Positions 30,093-40,829 of a DNA stretch of 64,000 bases are shown one piece after another. Source of the DNA: an uncultured delta proteobacterium. Lineage in GTDB: Bacteria; Desulfobacterota; Desulfomonilia; Desulfomonilales; Desulfomonilaceae. The stretch is taken from positions 352,001-416,000 of the forward strand of contig CAWBKB010000005.1 of assembly GCA_963789265.1 (NCBI GenBank), in the 5' to 3' direction. Every line of letters begins with the position of its first letter. The first letter of the stretch is position 1. Both the position numbers and the translations under genes were made by a program. Below the pieces are notes generated by a model. It saw nothing but the letters and a program-made list of their open reading frames with translations. It was not told the origin of the DNA and searched no databases.

Positions 30093-31388
30093 CTACACTT
30101 CTATTGCCTCTTTTGTCAAGGGGTTAGTCTCACGCGAAAGTGATTTTTTTGCCTTCCGCTCAGATTTTGCGTACTCCTTGCGTACCTTTTCCTTATCACG
30201 TTCCAACAACACCTCTTCGACAAAATCCAACTCTGTCCAGCCGTTGTCAAAGGTCATTTCATCCGCGGCTTTTAGGAGTTGTTCATCTGATGCCCTAATA
30301 TAGCGGTCTTCAACAGACCTCTGAGATGAATGACCGACAATGAGATTCCTGATCGTATAGTCCATACCTGACCGCTGGGCGTTGGTTTTCCAAGAGTGCC
30401 GAATATCTCTAATCTGTAGTCCTTCGAGCCCAGACAATTCCACAGCCCGTGACCACGCCTTACGAATCATAAAACGGTCAATCGGCTTTCCTTGGTAAGT
30501 GCCGCAATGATTTTTGTATTGACCCGAATAAGTGAAAACAAGACCCGTAGCACGGATGACGTTTTCGCTATCTTCCCTACGAATCGACTCAAACAAGTCC
30601 ATAATCTCTTTTCTCAGAGGCACTCGTTTGGGTTGTAGTCTCAGCCTCTTGGCACTCTTGCCCTCTTTGGTAGCATTTGGGGGTAATATAACCATCCGAC
30701 GCTCGGGCTTAAACATCTCCCATTTCACATTCACCACCTCGCCGAACCTCATCCCCGTGTAGTACATCACAGTAACTATGTCCTTGAGCCACGATGAGTG
30801 CTGTAACAGGAGCCTGAAATCCTTCCAAGAGACGTAATTGTCCCGCTGCGTTTCGGGTAGCCGGCCAATCATCCGGCAGGGATTAAAGTCAAGATTTTCT
30901 AATTCCACCTGAACCCGAAATATTCCTGACAGCGCTGAGAGCTCTCTGTTGACCGTAGCATTCTGAACCTTCTCCAAGCGAGATTTACGATACTGCTTTA
31001 TCTGGGGGACCTTGATTTCGACGAGGGGGCACCCACTGCCAAAGTATTCGACCAGACGGTCAATGGCATAAACGTTCCTCTCTCGCCCATGCTTTTCGTC
31101 TGCATCCAGATATGCCTTAATCGCTTTCACGAGGGTCAACTCCTCCTCGGGTACAGGAACCTGAAGTTCGGGTGGCAACCTCCATCCCTTGTTTTTAAAA
31201 GTACGCAAAACAAAGTCCAGTTCCTCTGGGTTAAGATGGTCAAAACGGTAAATCCTGAAAGCAGTTCTCACGGCTTTGTCTATTCGCTTGGCCGCGGTCT
31301 CATTTCGAGCGGTCGTCACCGTCCTGATTGGATGTCCTTGCCATTTGAAGTATACATAGAACCGCTCTCCTATTCTCATTACTGCCAC
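30093..31388 (-). CDS. Tyrosine recombinase/integrase
   Basis: ATVNRELSAL, YYTGMRFGEV, RDIRHSW, IVGHS, DRYI; ends 13 bp before the tRNA 5' end. Confidence 0.92.
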   Translation of the reverse strand: MAVMRIGERFYVYFKWQGHPIRTVTTARNETAAKRIDKAVRTAFRIYRFDHLNPEELDFVLRTFKNKGWRLPPELQVPVPEEELTLVKAIKAYLDADEKHGRERNVYAIDRLVEYFGSGCPLVEIKVPQIKQYRKSRLEKVQNATVNRELSALSGIFRVQVELENLDFNPCRMIGRLPETQRDNYVSWKDFRLLLQHSSWLKDIVTVMYYTGMRFGEVVNVKWEMFKPERRMVILPPNATKEGKSAKRLRLQPKRVPLRKEIMDLFESIRREDSENVIRATGLVFTYSGQYKNHCGTYQGKPIDRFMIRKAWSRAVELSGLEGLQIRDIRHSWKTNAQRSGMDYTIRNLIVGHSSQRSVEDRYIRASDEQLLKAADEMTFDNGWTELDFVEEVLLERDKEKVRKEYAKSERKAKKSLSRETNPLTKEAIEV

Positions 31389-31702
31389 GACAAGACCTCC
31401 TTACGAAGGTCGCTCCACAATTCCCCTGAAGTTTTCTTATCGCCTCCCTTCTTGGTTTTTAGGCTGGTCATCTTGTAACCAGCGCCTATGTGATTCACGG
31501 GTGGGGATTCTACCTTAAAAGTCTTGCCGGCCACAAATCTATTAAGCGCCTCGGCGGTAAAAAGAACCACCTTGGCGGAAATCCTAACACATTCAATTTT
31601 GCCTTCTCGTGCCCATCTCAATATCGTTCTCTTCGTGATTTTCAGCTTTGACGCGGCTTTATCTGCGCTCAACAGCTCCTTTCCTGTTTCCTTGTTTATC
31701 AT
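31379..31702 (-). CDS. Excisionase-like HTH DNA-binding protein
   Basis: LLSADKAASKLKITKRTILRWAREGKI; overlaps integrase start. Confidence 0.85.
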   Translation of the reverse strand: MINKETGKELLSADKAASKLKITKRTILRWAREGKIECVRISAKVVLFTAEALNRFVAGKTFKVESPPVNHIGAGYKMTSLKTKKGGDKKTSGELWSDLRKEVLSWQ

Positions 31703-31882
31703 TCATCCTGTCCTCCACAATAAAACCGGCTGCTAATGCAGCTTCGTTGCGGGACTACACCCGCCTTGTGCCCCAATGCCAGTACTGTAGGTGTAGCAGC
31801 TCAGGGCAGTGCGCCGGGAATGCGATTCGATGAAAGAGCCTCACCTCATAATGGTGTCGAGCCCTCCCTATCGCATATCCAT

Positions 31883-32710
31883 TCAGCACTTAACCCACAC
31901 AGATTCAGTGCGGGCTTGTTTTTTCTTGCCCGACCCGTTCGTAGCAGAGCAGGCTACAACGTTACACGGGACCTTAAAATCATGCCTTTCCCATCCTGCT
32001 TTTTCCAATGGCTTGTATATGGGATTGGCGTAACCAGACAGCATGAACTTCCCCTCTAAGCCCAGGAGAAGCTCGACCAGGTCTCCGTGATCCTGATCAG
32101 TCATCTCATGGCAATAGTCTTTGGTTGTCTTCCGAGTTGAATGTACATAAGGCGGATCGAGGTAAAAGAACGTGTTCGGAGTATCATATCGCTTAATGAC
32201 CGTGCGAAAGTCCTCATGATCAACCTGTACGGTCTGCAGGCGCTCGTGTATCTCAGGTAACCGGTCGATTGCTGACAGATAAGCACTCACAAGCTGCGCC
32301 ATACCCTTTCTTCCCTCCCTGATGGAATAGCTGAAACTCTGCCCAACCGCACTGTAGCTCATCCTCATTGTAATAAACCAACGATGCGCCTTATGCACAT
32401 CGTCCGAAGTCTCCTTCCACGTGTCTCTGAAACGAAAGAACTCCTCACGGCTGTACGGCGTGAGAGAAATAAGCCGGACTAGTTCTTGCCACTTATTATC
32501 GTCCCTCAATACCCGGAAGAAATTCACGATGCCTGAATCAAGGTCGTTTATCACTTCAACCGGAGAAACATCCTTTGCGAAAAACAAGGCAGCCGATCCT
32601 GCGAAGACTTCCACATATGTCTGATGTTCAGGAACCAAGGGTAATAATTTGTTGAGAAGCGGGGTTTTGCCTCCATACCTTTTCAGAGGCGATTTCAATT
32701 TTCCTTGCAT
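31883..32710 (-). CDS. Dam/D12-class N6-adenine DNA methyltransferase
   Basis: RYGGK, YVEVFAGSAA, EVINDLD, FFYLDPPY. Confidence 0.92.
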   Translation of the reverse strand: MQGKLKSPLKRYGGKTPLLNKLLPLVPEHQTYVEVFAGSAALFFAKDVSPVEVINDLDSGIVNFFRVLRDDNKWQELVRLISLTPYSREEFFRFRDTWKETSDDVHKAHRWFITMRMSYSAVGQSFSYSIREGRKGMAQLVSAYLSAIDRLPEIHERLQTVQVDHEDFRTVIKRYDTPNTFFYLDPPYVHSTRKTTKDYCHEMTDQDHGDLVELLLGLEGKFMLSGYANPIYKPLEKAGWERHDFKVPCNVVACSATNGSGKKKQARTESVWVKC

Positions 32711-32976
32711 AATTCCTCCACAAGGGGAGGAACACGAAAATAATTCAGTCATCTATTCAAGCAAGCATTGTCGTTATCCTTTCATGTAAGTCAGTATCTT
32801 AAGTCCAGGTCAAATCTGTGTTTCGTGTCCTTCCTTTTTTGATTTTGTTGTTTTTTGATTGGAGCCTCAGTACGTGGGGCTCGGTGTTGATAGCCTGAGG
32901 AATCCCGCCTAGCGGGTTGCCCCCGAGGCGCTGAGTTAGGAAAGGTCTCTGGAACTCCCTTTATACCGCCTTCTCA

Positions 32977-33828
32977 TCAATCTTCGTTTCCTGCATCATA
33001 CTCATCCTCATCCACATCGAAATTGCTCAGGGACTGGAGATACATGTCGATTGCCAGTTCCACATGATATTGAATTGATTCGCCCAAGTCCCTCAGCGCC
33101 CTGTAGTGTTCCGGCGCAAGGGTGACGGTCATATCATCCGTAGGCTCGGACTGGGAATCTTCTGATACAAACGTTTCCTCACTTGTATTTTCAGAGTCCA
33201 GGGACGGTGCTTTTAAAGATTTCTCGGAGGCTTTTGCAGCCTTCCGTTTCTTCTGCGTCTCCTCATACCCCTTGTTCACGCTCATCTCACCGTTCTTAAC
33301 GGCATCTACTGTCTCTGAATCACCGTGATCCATAATCGTTCGCATCCTCTCCGTCTTACGGGAACTGGTTCCCAGTAATTTTGCAGTTGACTCTGAGGAT
33401 TTCCCGGCAGCACCGTTTGGCGCTCCGGCAAATTTTCCGTCTTCATTCCGTTGGGGCACATAACGATCATCGATGATCTCCATGTAAGAAAAGAGTTCCG
33501 CATCGGTCAGTTGGCGACGATGGCACTGGAGCTGGATTGCATGCTCTATGGCTGCCGCTTCGTCATCATAATAGTATTCGTAGACAGGGACTTCCTTGAT
33601 TCCGGCATTTTTGGCGGCTTGCAAGCGGGTGTGCCCGTCAATGCAGACCAGCTCATCCTGTCCTTCCCATTTGGCTACTACGATCGGCTGGGATTCATCG
33701 TACTTCCAATCCCTCATATCCTCTTCGATTATGGTCAATAATTCGGGTCGTATCGGAAACAGGGCTTCGAAGCTCTTGTGTGTCTGTATTTCTGCTGGAT
33801 TCATCGTCTCGATTGTTATTTCGTTCAT
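32977..33828 (-). CDS. ParB/Srx N-terminal-domain protein with HTH
   Basis: PIVV..IDGHTRLQAA, HRRQLT, TAKLLGTSSRKTER. Confidence 0.8.
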   Translation of the reverse strand: MNEITIETMNPAEIQTHKSFEALFPIRPELLTIIEEDMRDWKYDESQPIVVAKWEGQDELVCIDGHTRLQAAKNAGIKEVPVYEYYYDDEAAAIEHAIQLQCHRRQLTDAELFSYMEIIDDRYVPQRNEDGKFAGAPNGAAGKSSESTAKLLGTSSRKTERMRTIMDHGDSETVDAVKNGEMSVNKGYEETQKKRKAAKASEKSLKAPSLDSENTSEETFVSEDSQSEPTDDMTVTLAPEHYRALRDLGESIQYHVELAIDMYLQSLSNFDVDEDEYDAGNED

Positions 33829-33841
33829 CGTACTCACCTTA

Positions 33842-34165
33842 TTAATTTGATTTTGCCGCTCTATCATCTCGGACTTGCGCCCGGCGGCATTCAAAAAGCG
33901 GAGAGTTGGCTGGTACTTTGAGTAGCCATTCGAGGTAACGGTCGCCGTCGAATATTTCCAAGGTGCGCTCCAAGTAATCTGCCGCTCTGTTTACTTTTTT
34001 GGAGATGGACTCCAGATTCTTTTCTATGGAAGCAGTTTTATCAGGAGTCCCCATTCCGAAACCCGTTTCCACAAACAAATCTATGAGGTCGTCTATTCTC
34101 ATGGATGTTTCTCTTAAATTTCCCAGTAGTTCTTCAACTCGGGACATTGCCTTACGTGTCGCCAT
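33842..34165 (-). CDS. Hypothetical protein (107 aa)
   Basis: RBS AAAGGAG; first gene of the leftward element operon. Confidence 0.6.
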   Translation of the reverse strand: MATRKAMSRVEELLGNLRETSMRIDDLIDLFVETGFGMGTPDKTASIEKNLESISKKVNRAADYLERTLEIFDGDRYLEWLLKVPANSPLFECRRAQVRDDRAAKSN

Positions 34166-34631
34166 TTTTCTCCTTTAAGTGCAGCGCTTAACCTGTGTTG
34201 CGGTTTCGTTGCCTGGTTGAGCAGACAAACAGATCTAGCCTCAAATGCAGCTAGAGCCGCCGTCTGCAAGTTAGATTGGCAAAAGCTTATCTATGGAATA
34301 ATCGGTAGTGACCGCCCGGCATGGGTCGGTCTTATGGCAAGAAAGAATCTAAAGACTATGAAGAATATCTGGTTGTTAAGATGCCACTTTATTAAATTAT
34401 GCGCTCCAGACCACACTCAATTCTTAGGGTTCCGTCCGGAGCATCGGCTTCGCAATTTTTACTTCCTATATAATATATAGTACACAAATCCATCTCTACT
34501 TGCATTTTCTTAATGGCTGCCAGAGCCTGTTACTGGACAATGCCCTGAAATAACAAGATATCTTTTCTTAAGTTTTTGCCGTCCGAATACCCCGTCCGAC
34601 GAGCTCTCCCGACGCATCGGGAGAGTTAAAT

Positions 34632-34860
34632 TCAAAACAGAATTGCATCAATTGTCCTGAACAGCTTTCCCCCGCTGGATTCGATCCAATATAGTACCTG
34701 CAAATTAATTGGAATCCCGTCAAAGTCTCCACTATTGCGGAAGTCTGTTCTCAAGCCAGAGCATTTCTTGCCCAGTGGGGCAGCAAATCCGATTTCGCTC
34801 ACAGCGCCTGAATCTAATTCGATGCCGTCCAGCACTTCCCAGGACAATATCGGAGTCACA
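34632..34860 (-). pseudogene. Nucleoside 2-deoxyribosyltransferase-like fragment
   Basis: SDIVLG/VLDGIELDSGAVSEIGFA..LRTDFR; N-terminus missing. Confidence 0.7.
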
Positions 34861-34884
34861 TGTTGCCTCTACTGGACCATTCAA

Positions 34885-36069
34885 TCAGAAAGGAATTTCA
34901 CAACTTCCGCCAACTGTCCAGAGTTCTTGGCGTATGCTGAGGGTTTCAGGGGTGTTTTGAGAGTAATTCGCCGCCCCCCAGTAAGCCGGGTTGGATGGAC
35001 CATAGATATTCCCCAGCGTCTGATATTCGAGGCATGATCCAGACATCGTGGCATAAGAATAACGACCTTCCAACTGAATGGTGAAAAGACTCCCCAAATA
35101 AGTCCGATAACGGAAATCCACATCCAGGCCCCACCTGTTATGGCCGGTAATATCTGTGGATTGTGAACCCCAAATTCCCGGGGCAAAATGCGCGAACGGA
35201 TCAAGATAAGCGCCATTCCATGAAAATTGATAGTTTCCGAACAAATAGGGATAAAAATGTGTGTCAAAAAACCATTCAAAGCCGGAACTGCTGGTATCCG
35301 ACAAGCGGAATCCTATAAATGGGCCATTCCAAGTAATCCTCTGATACATGTCAAACTTGGTGGCGCTCGTCAGAGCGGTATTAGCCTATGCGGGTGTCCA
35401 ACCCACCTGTCCGGGAAAGACAGGAAATAAATTGGGAGGAGTGTCAGCGGAGTACGGGTCTATCACACTCTTGATCCAAAGCCATTTGTAGCCCACAAGC
35501 AAGTCCAGCGACGACAAAATGGGTAGTTTGCCGCACAAATCAAAAGCCCAGTAGCGATTTCTGTCATTTAGACTTATTAATCCTACTTCATTATTACCCA
35601 AGGCCAGAACGCCCAGAGCTGCCCGATATAGAATAGATAGATTCGCCGCATCGGTGTACTGCTTGAATCGGGTGCAAGAGCCAACGTTTGCTTCCACGCC
35701 GAACGTAAGGAATTCGGTTTGTGGCGTGCCTATTCCAATGACTCCGGACAAGTAGGCGTCTCTTAGATCCGTCTTTCTGTTGTGGACGAATGAGCTGAAG
35801 TCTTGATGATGTAAAATGTTATGTTGTCCGAGGCCGACGGTATCTTCGACGCGTATGTTCCCCCACCCGTAAAACATACCCACCCGGGCACTGGTTAACC
35901 CTATGCCCCTAAGAAATTCAAAGTAGTTGTTGGAAACTGCCCCAAATTTACCGAATCCGAACGAAGGAAGCAAATTCTGGCAAAATGCTGTCCCTCCTGC
36001 AACCAGTATGATAGTTCCGGCTGCGCAGACCCCAGCGAGCAGCCGCAGCACCCTCGCCTTGGCATCCAT
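34885..36069 (-). pseudogene. Putative outer-membrane beta-barrel protein with an in-frame TAG at 35386-35388
   Basis: The two ORFs share a frame; signal peptide, aromatic alternating strands, C-terminal Phe (CEIPF). Confidence 0.6.
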
Positions 36070-36338
36070 ACCCTACCCCAAATTCAAAAAACAGTGATCA
36101 CAGGACAGAACCCGCATCCCGCAGACGGCGTTCTAACGCGCTGTGAAACCGGCAAATAAATTGTCATTCCGATTTCGGGGTATTATATAGCAGCGGCAAT
36201 AGCCGTCAACAATTTCTTGGGGCACCTAGAATTCGGCTTTAGCTTTGCCGCATTTGAGATTCTCGGACCTGAGGCCGGCTCGGAGATCGCATCTTTGACC
36301 CCTAATATGAATCAGAAACACGCTTATTTGAAAACTGA

Positions 36339-37424
36339 CTAGTGTCCTGTCCCATTAATAAGTTTGCATATTTTCTCGACCTTTCTAAGGATTGAATCCG
36401 CTGTGGCCGTCCACACGAAAGGTCGTGCGTCTTGGTTATAGTTCTTCACGAAGTCTTCAATGCGTTCAACGAGTTGTTTGGTACCTGTAAAGGACCCTCG
36501 AACTATGGCCGGCTGGGAGATTACCCCAAACCATCGTTCGACCTGATTAAGCCAGGATGCATACGTAGGTGTGTAATGAACGGAAAATCTAGGGTGGCTG
36601 GCGAGCCAGTTTTTGACCTTGTGGTGCTTGTGAGTGCAGTAGTTGTCTACAATAAGGTGCACGTTGAGGTCAGCCGGTACGTTTTTGTCCACCCGTTTGA
36701 GGAAACTAAGGAACTCCTGATGCCTGTGTCGCTGTTTACACTCTGTGATCACTTGCCCGGTTGCCACGTCCAAAGCTGTAAAGAGCGTGGTGGTGCCATG
36801 GCGAAGGTAGTCATGGGTGACTCCGTCCACATACCCGAGCCCCAAAGGCAACACAGGTTGACTACGCTCCAGAGCCTGGATCTGGGTCTTCTCGTCCACA
36901 GACAGTACCAGGGCCTTGTCCGGTGGATTCAGGTACAGTCCCACAATATCCCGAACTTTTTCTACAAACTGAGGGTCCGTAGAAAGCTTAAACGATTTAG
37001 TGAGATGCGGCTTAATACCAAAAAGATCCATATACCTTTGCACCGCACTCTTGGAGATTCCGGTCGAGCGCTCCAGACTTCTCATAGTCCATCGATTCCC
37101 TTGCGTCGGAGCGGTCTCCAGGACTGTTTGCAGCAATTGCGCTACCTTCTCGTCGTCATGATCCCTGGGCCGTCCCGGACGTTGCTCCCCATACAGCCCC
37201 GCAAGTCCCTGCTCGAGAAAACGCCTTCGCCAATGGGTTACCGTGCCACCGGATATCCCCAAACGCTGGGCAATAGACGTGTTCGATTCTCCTTCGGACG
37301 AGGCCAGAATGATTTGCGCCCTACGGACAACCCCGTGCCGCGACGTTCGAGATCTGGTCAAATTCTGCAACTCTTTACGCTCCAAATCCGAAAGGACGAT
37401 TTCCTGTTTCTTGGGACGCCCCAT
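36339..37424 (-). CDS. IS630 transposase
   Basis: VDEKTQIQAL, HDYLRHGT, IVDNYCTHK, SWLNQVERWF. Confidence 0.95.
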   Translation of the reverse strand: MGRPKKQEIVLSDLERKELQNLTRSRTSRHGVVRRAQIILASSEGESNTSIAQRLGISGGTVTHWRRRFLEQGLAGLYGEQRPGRPRDHDDEKVAQLLQTVLETAPTQGNRWTMRSLERSTGISKSAVQRYMDLFGIKPHLTKSFKLSTDPQFVEKVRDIVGLYLNPPDKALVLSVDEKTQIQALERSQPVLPLGLGYVDGVTHDYLRHGTTTLFTALDVATGQVITECKQRHRHQEFLSFLKRVDKNVPADLNVHLIVDNYCTHKHHKVKNWLASHPRFSVHYTPTYASWLNQVERWFGVISQPAIVRGSFTGTKQLVERIEDFVKNYNQDARPFVWTATADSILRKVEKICKLINGTGH

Positions 37425-37512
37425 AAGCTTTCGTGCCTCCCTCAGTGATGAGTGGGCACGAATGTAGCAGAAGTCCCTCGCTTTCGTGAGTTATTTGTGG
37501 GACAGGACACTA
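36340..37512 (-). mobile_element. IS630-family insertion sequence
   Basis: TIRs TAGTGTCCTGTCCCA / TGGGACAGGACACTA with TA duplication; inserted in the TAG stop of the IHF gene. Confidence 0.92.
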
Positions 37513-37794
37513 GCCTTCATTCATGGCACTTTTAAACCGGGGCGAGTACTTCCACGTAACAACCCTGCGGGCATTCAACAGCATGGGCTCGCCAGTTTGG
37601 GGGTTCCTGCCACGACGAGCCCTCTTATCCTTCACAGACCATTTCCCGAAGCGAGAGATCATAACCTCATCCCCAGCGACAAGCTGTGCCTTCATGATAC
37701 CGAGGAGTTTTTCTAAGATCTCTTCCGCTTCCCCCTTCAGGAAACCGCAATCACCGGCGATTTTCTTTGCTATATGTGCCTTGGCAAATGTCAT
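37510..37794 (-). CDS. Integration host factor alpha-like protein
   Basis: ISRFGKWSVKDKRARRGRNPQTGE. Confidence 0.88.
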   Translation of the reverse strand: MTFAKAHIAKKIAGDCGFLKGEAEEILEKLLGIMKAQLVAGDEVMISRFGKWSVKDKRARRGRNPQTGEPMLLNARRVVTWKYSPRFKSAMNEG

Positions 37795-38223
37795 GACAAC
37801 CTCCCCAAATTTCATTTTAAGTGGCATAGAGGGTTTAGAATAGCAGAAATGTGACCTTAAAGGCAATGATATCAGGATATTCTTACAAGCAGACTCGTGA
37901 TGATCATGACAGAGCACTCGGACACGGTCAGTCGGAGTGGACAACTTATCAAAACCACCCTGTCCAGCTCACCGCCACGCTGGTTTACGGTTATCGAATG
38001 CATTTTCTCCGGGCGAATGAAATACGGGACTTCTCACGGTACTGTAGCTTGCCTTCTCGCGTTCTCAGAACCCCATACGCGAACGTTCCTGGTTTTGAAC
38101 AACTTAGCATACTCCTAACCAGAAAATCGCGGAGAATCGTTCTGAGGTGCCTTCTGATTCGCGTCTCGCGGACGACTCGGGTCTGTGATAAACTGCCGGG
38201 AACACCTGATCGAGAGTTGCCCT

Positions 38224-38845
38224 ATGAGTGACGAACAAGACCTAAATTCCCAGCGCACGCGAATAATGGAAATCTGGCACGAGTACGGTCAGACCTTTAA
38301 TGCCTTCGTGCCCGAGGAACAACCATTTCCTGAGGAATGGGAACCAGATTTGCCGGCACCGGATGAAAAAGGTCGTCTCAGCCCGTAGGCCCTTAAGCAC
38401 TGGGAACAGCTCTTTCCTACAAAAGAATTCCTCCGCCAGCGCTATGCAGAGCACCACATTCTGGGAGGGCCTTCTCTGAACTTTGACTGTTTGGTCCCCA
38501 AATTCCAGAGGCGCATGGTCAACCGTGTAGCCGAAGACGAGTATGGAAATCCCTTGCATATCCCCGTTCGGGATTGCCACGAATGGTATGATTCGGCTTT
38601 ACGGATCGGTATATTTCAATGGCAAGTCGGTTTTTCTTGCCGTTCTGTACTGTGCCAGCGCAAGTGGTGCAAGCTCCATCGAGATAACCCCGCCCGTATT
38701 TCCGCGAGCCGCTTGGCGGGGAGGATTAATTCCGAGATCCTCAAGAGGAATCGTGCTCTTTCAACTGAGGAACAACAAGCACTTGTCAACGAAAACCTAG
38801 CGCAGGAATACATTGATCACTTTCATAGCCGGTATCCCGCCGTGA
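38224..38845 (+). pseudogene. Internally deleted initiator::polA fusion relic
   Basis: 5' part paralogous to the 46482 gene (TAG at 38386 where the paralog has CAG); from ~38700 paralogous to the PolA segment ISPAGLCGKVN..YIDGFHSRY. Confidence 0.85.
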
Positions 38846-39148
38846 GAGGGCACTGCCGCCATAAACAATATCAAGAGCTTGCGAAAAAACCCCAGACATT
38901 TCGAGCCCTGTTGATCCCTTTCGGTCCTTTTCGGTCCCTCACGGTCCCTGAAAATGTTAACACCATGTTAACAAGGAACCTGGCAACTCCCACTCGCGAC
39001 CTCCGGCGTGACAGGGCGTGGCCCTCCGTAGTAAAATCAACAACATATCCAGGAACCCGAGTCATCTCGTCCCCAGGGGAGCAATCCGGATTGAAGTCTA
39101 GAATTCTACGTGATTCTTATGCCAAAAAAACCCTCGTATAGCGACAAA

Positions 39149-40313
39149 TCAGGCACTGACATACAGTTTCGTTAATACGAACTCTCTGTGCCCGAGGGCC
39201 TCGGCGGCCGTCAATCGCCCGTTTGCAGTCCGAACGATCATTTCAAGTAGCTTGTCTCCCGCCTGATCCAAAGTCATCTCACCCCGGAGAATGGCGGAAA
39301 CGTCCAGATCGATATGTTCACTCATAGGTACTGCATGTGAGAGGGTTAGCGGACAATTTTATCACGGGGAGAATAGGATTCCCTATGATGTTTCCCTGTC
39401 CGGTGGGGAACAGATGTACCACGGCACCGGATGCAGCCCACAGGGTGACGGCTTCTGCAGCAGCAGAAGAGGTATCCATATACCATAATCCTTTGCCCTT
39501 CGGGGCCTCGGCAGGCTTGAGCACCCCTACGTACCGTGCCTTCTTGCCGATCTTCTGGAGGTTTCCGAAAGCCTTCTCTTCTATGGTCGTCAGGCCTCCC
39601 CGGATATTCCCCTTGGTGGGCTGTGAACCTGACAGATCATCGGTCTTGAACTTCACGATAATGTCGTCGTAGGCATTCCAAACTCTCATGAATTCCTCGC
39701 CCACTTCGGGCGTGGCGGCACGTTCTTTACAAACGTGCTCTGCACCGGTAATCTCCGATGTCTCGCCAAAGCAGGTGGTCGCGCCCATATCTACAAGCTT
39801 GTCTATGGCATTCCCCACCGTGGGATTCGAGGCAAGTCCGGAAGTTGTATCCGATTCGCCGCACTTGACCGAGACATATAGCTCGTTGAGATGGCAGTCA
39901 GTTTTCGGCAGTTCCGTAGCCCAGTGGACGTATTCTTTGGCCTGACGTGAAGCTGCGGCAATCGTGGTGATATCGCCACTGCGTTCAATGGAGAAACCCT
40001 TAACGGGTTTACCAGTTTTTGCTATGCCCTGGACTATACGATCCGTCCATTCAGGCTCGATACCGATTACTACCACTGCAGCAACGTTCGGGTTTGAGCC
40101 GGTTCCTATAATCGTCCTGAAGAACAGTTCGAGATCCTCACCGAATTGCAGACGGCCATATGCGTGAGGAAGGGCCAGTGTACCTTTTATGTTGCTTGCC
40201 ACTGCTTCACATGCCGCATTGGACAAATCGTCCAGAGGCAGAATCACAACATGGTTACGGACACCGACACGCCCGTTTTCTCGACGATAACCTGAAATTT
40301 TTGGTTTATCCAT
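39149..40313 (-). CDS. suyB: Sulfolactate sulfo-lyase beta subunit-like, frameshift at ~39327
   Basis: [44 protein letters not shown]-terminus [26 protein letters not shown] in the next frame. Confidence 0.8.
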
Positions 40314-40315
40314 TG

Positions 40316-40594
40316 CTACCACCTCTTTGTTCTGAGATTCTGAGTGTGAACGTGTTCGCCCGCTCGAATATCCGTTGTAACTACGCCAATGTCATGACCG
40401 TATTTGATTACGGTATCACCGGCTTTAAAATCTTTGAGGGCGATTTTGTGCCCAAGCGGGATGGGGTTCAAAACCTTGACTTGAAGAATCTCTTGAGAAT
40501 CCATAAATAATCCCTCGGCGTTCTCACCGGCATTCATATCCATGGTGACCACACCAACGGAATCGGATTTCTCATGCACCAGAAAATTTATCAT
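40316..40594 (-). CDS. suyA: Sulfolactate sulfo-lyase alpha subunit-like (SAF domain)
   Basis: [42 protein letters not shown]. Confidence 0.8.
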   Translation of the reverse strand: MINFLVHEKSDSVGVVTMDMNAGENAEGLFMDSQEILQVKVLNPIPLGHKIALKDFKAGDTVIKYGHDIGVVTTDIRAGEHVHTQNLRTKRW

Positions 40595-40829
40595 CTTTTC
40601 TCCTCTTATGTTCCGGACTGAATGGCTCGGATACATAAACAGACCGAATCTATTCAGTCCCGGTGATAAAAAACGTGGTATTCGCTTCCGGCACTATGGC
40701 GACACGAGGACGTCCCGGAAAATTGTTGATCCAATCGTGTATTGTTTGAGACGGCGAAACCGCCCGCAACTGACACTTTCTTAGTATTTTTGCTTGCAGC
40801 TCCGATGCTATCGCCACTTCAAAGCTGTC

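Noticed and set aside
36432..37448. 338-aa plus-strand ORF
   Set aside because: Antisense shadow of the IS630 transposase.
37510..37512. IS630 disrupting the IHF gene
   Set aside because: Insertion at the TA of the stop codon regenerates TAG, so the protein is unchanged.
35386..38388. In-frame TAG codons as pyrrolysine or stop-codon recoding
   Set aside because: The TAG at 38386 aligns with CAG in the paralog, many intact genes here end in TAG, and the initiator break is TAA; ordinary nonsense mutations are simpler.
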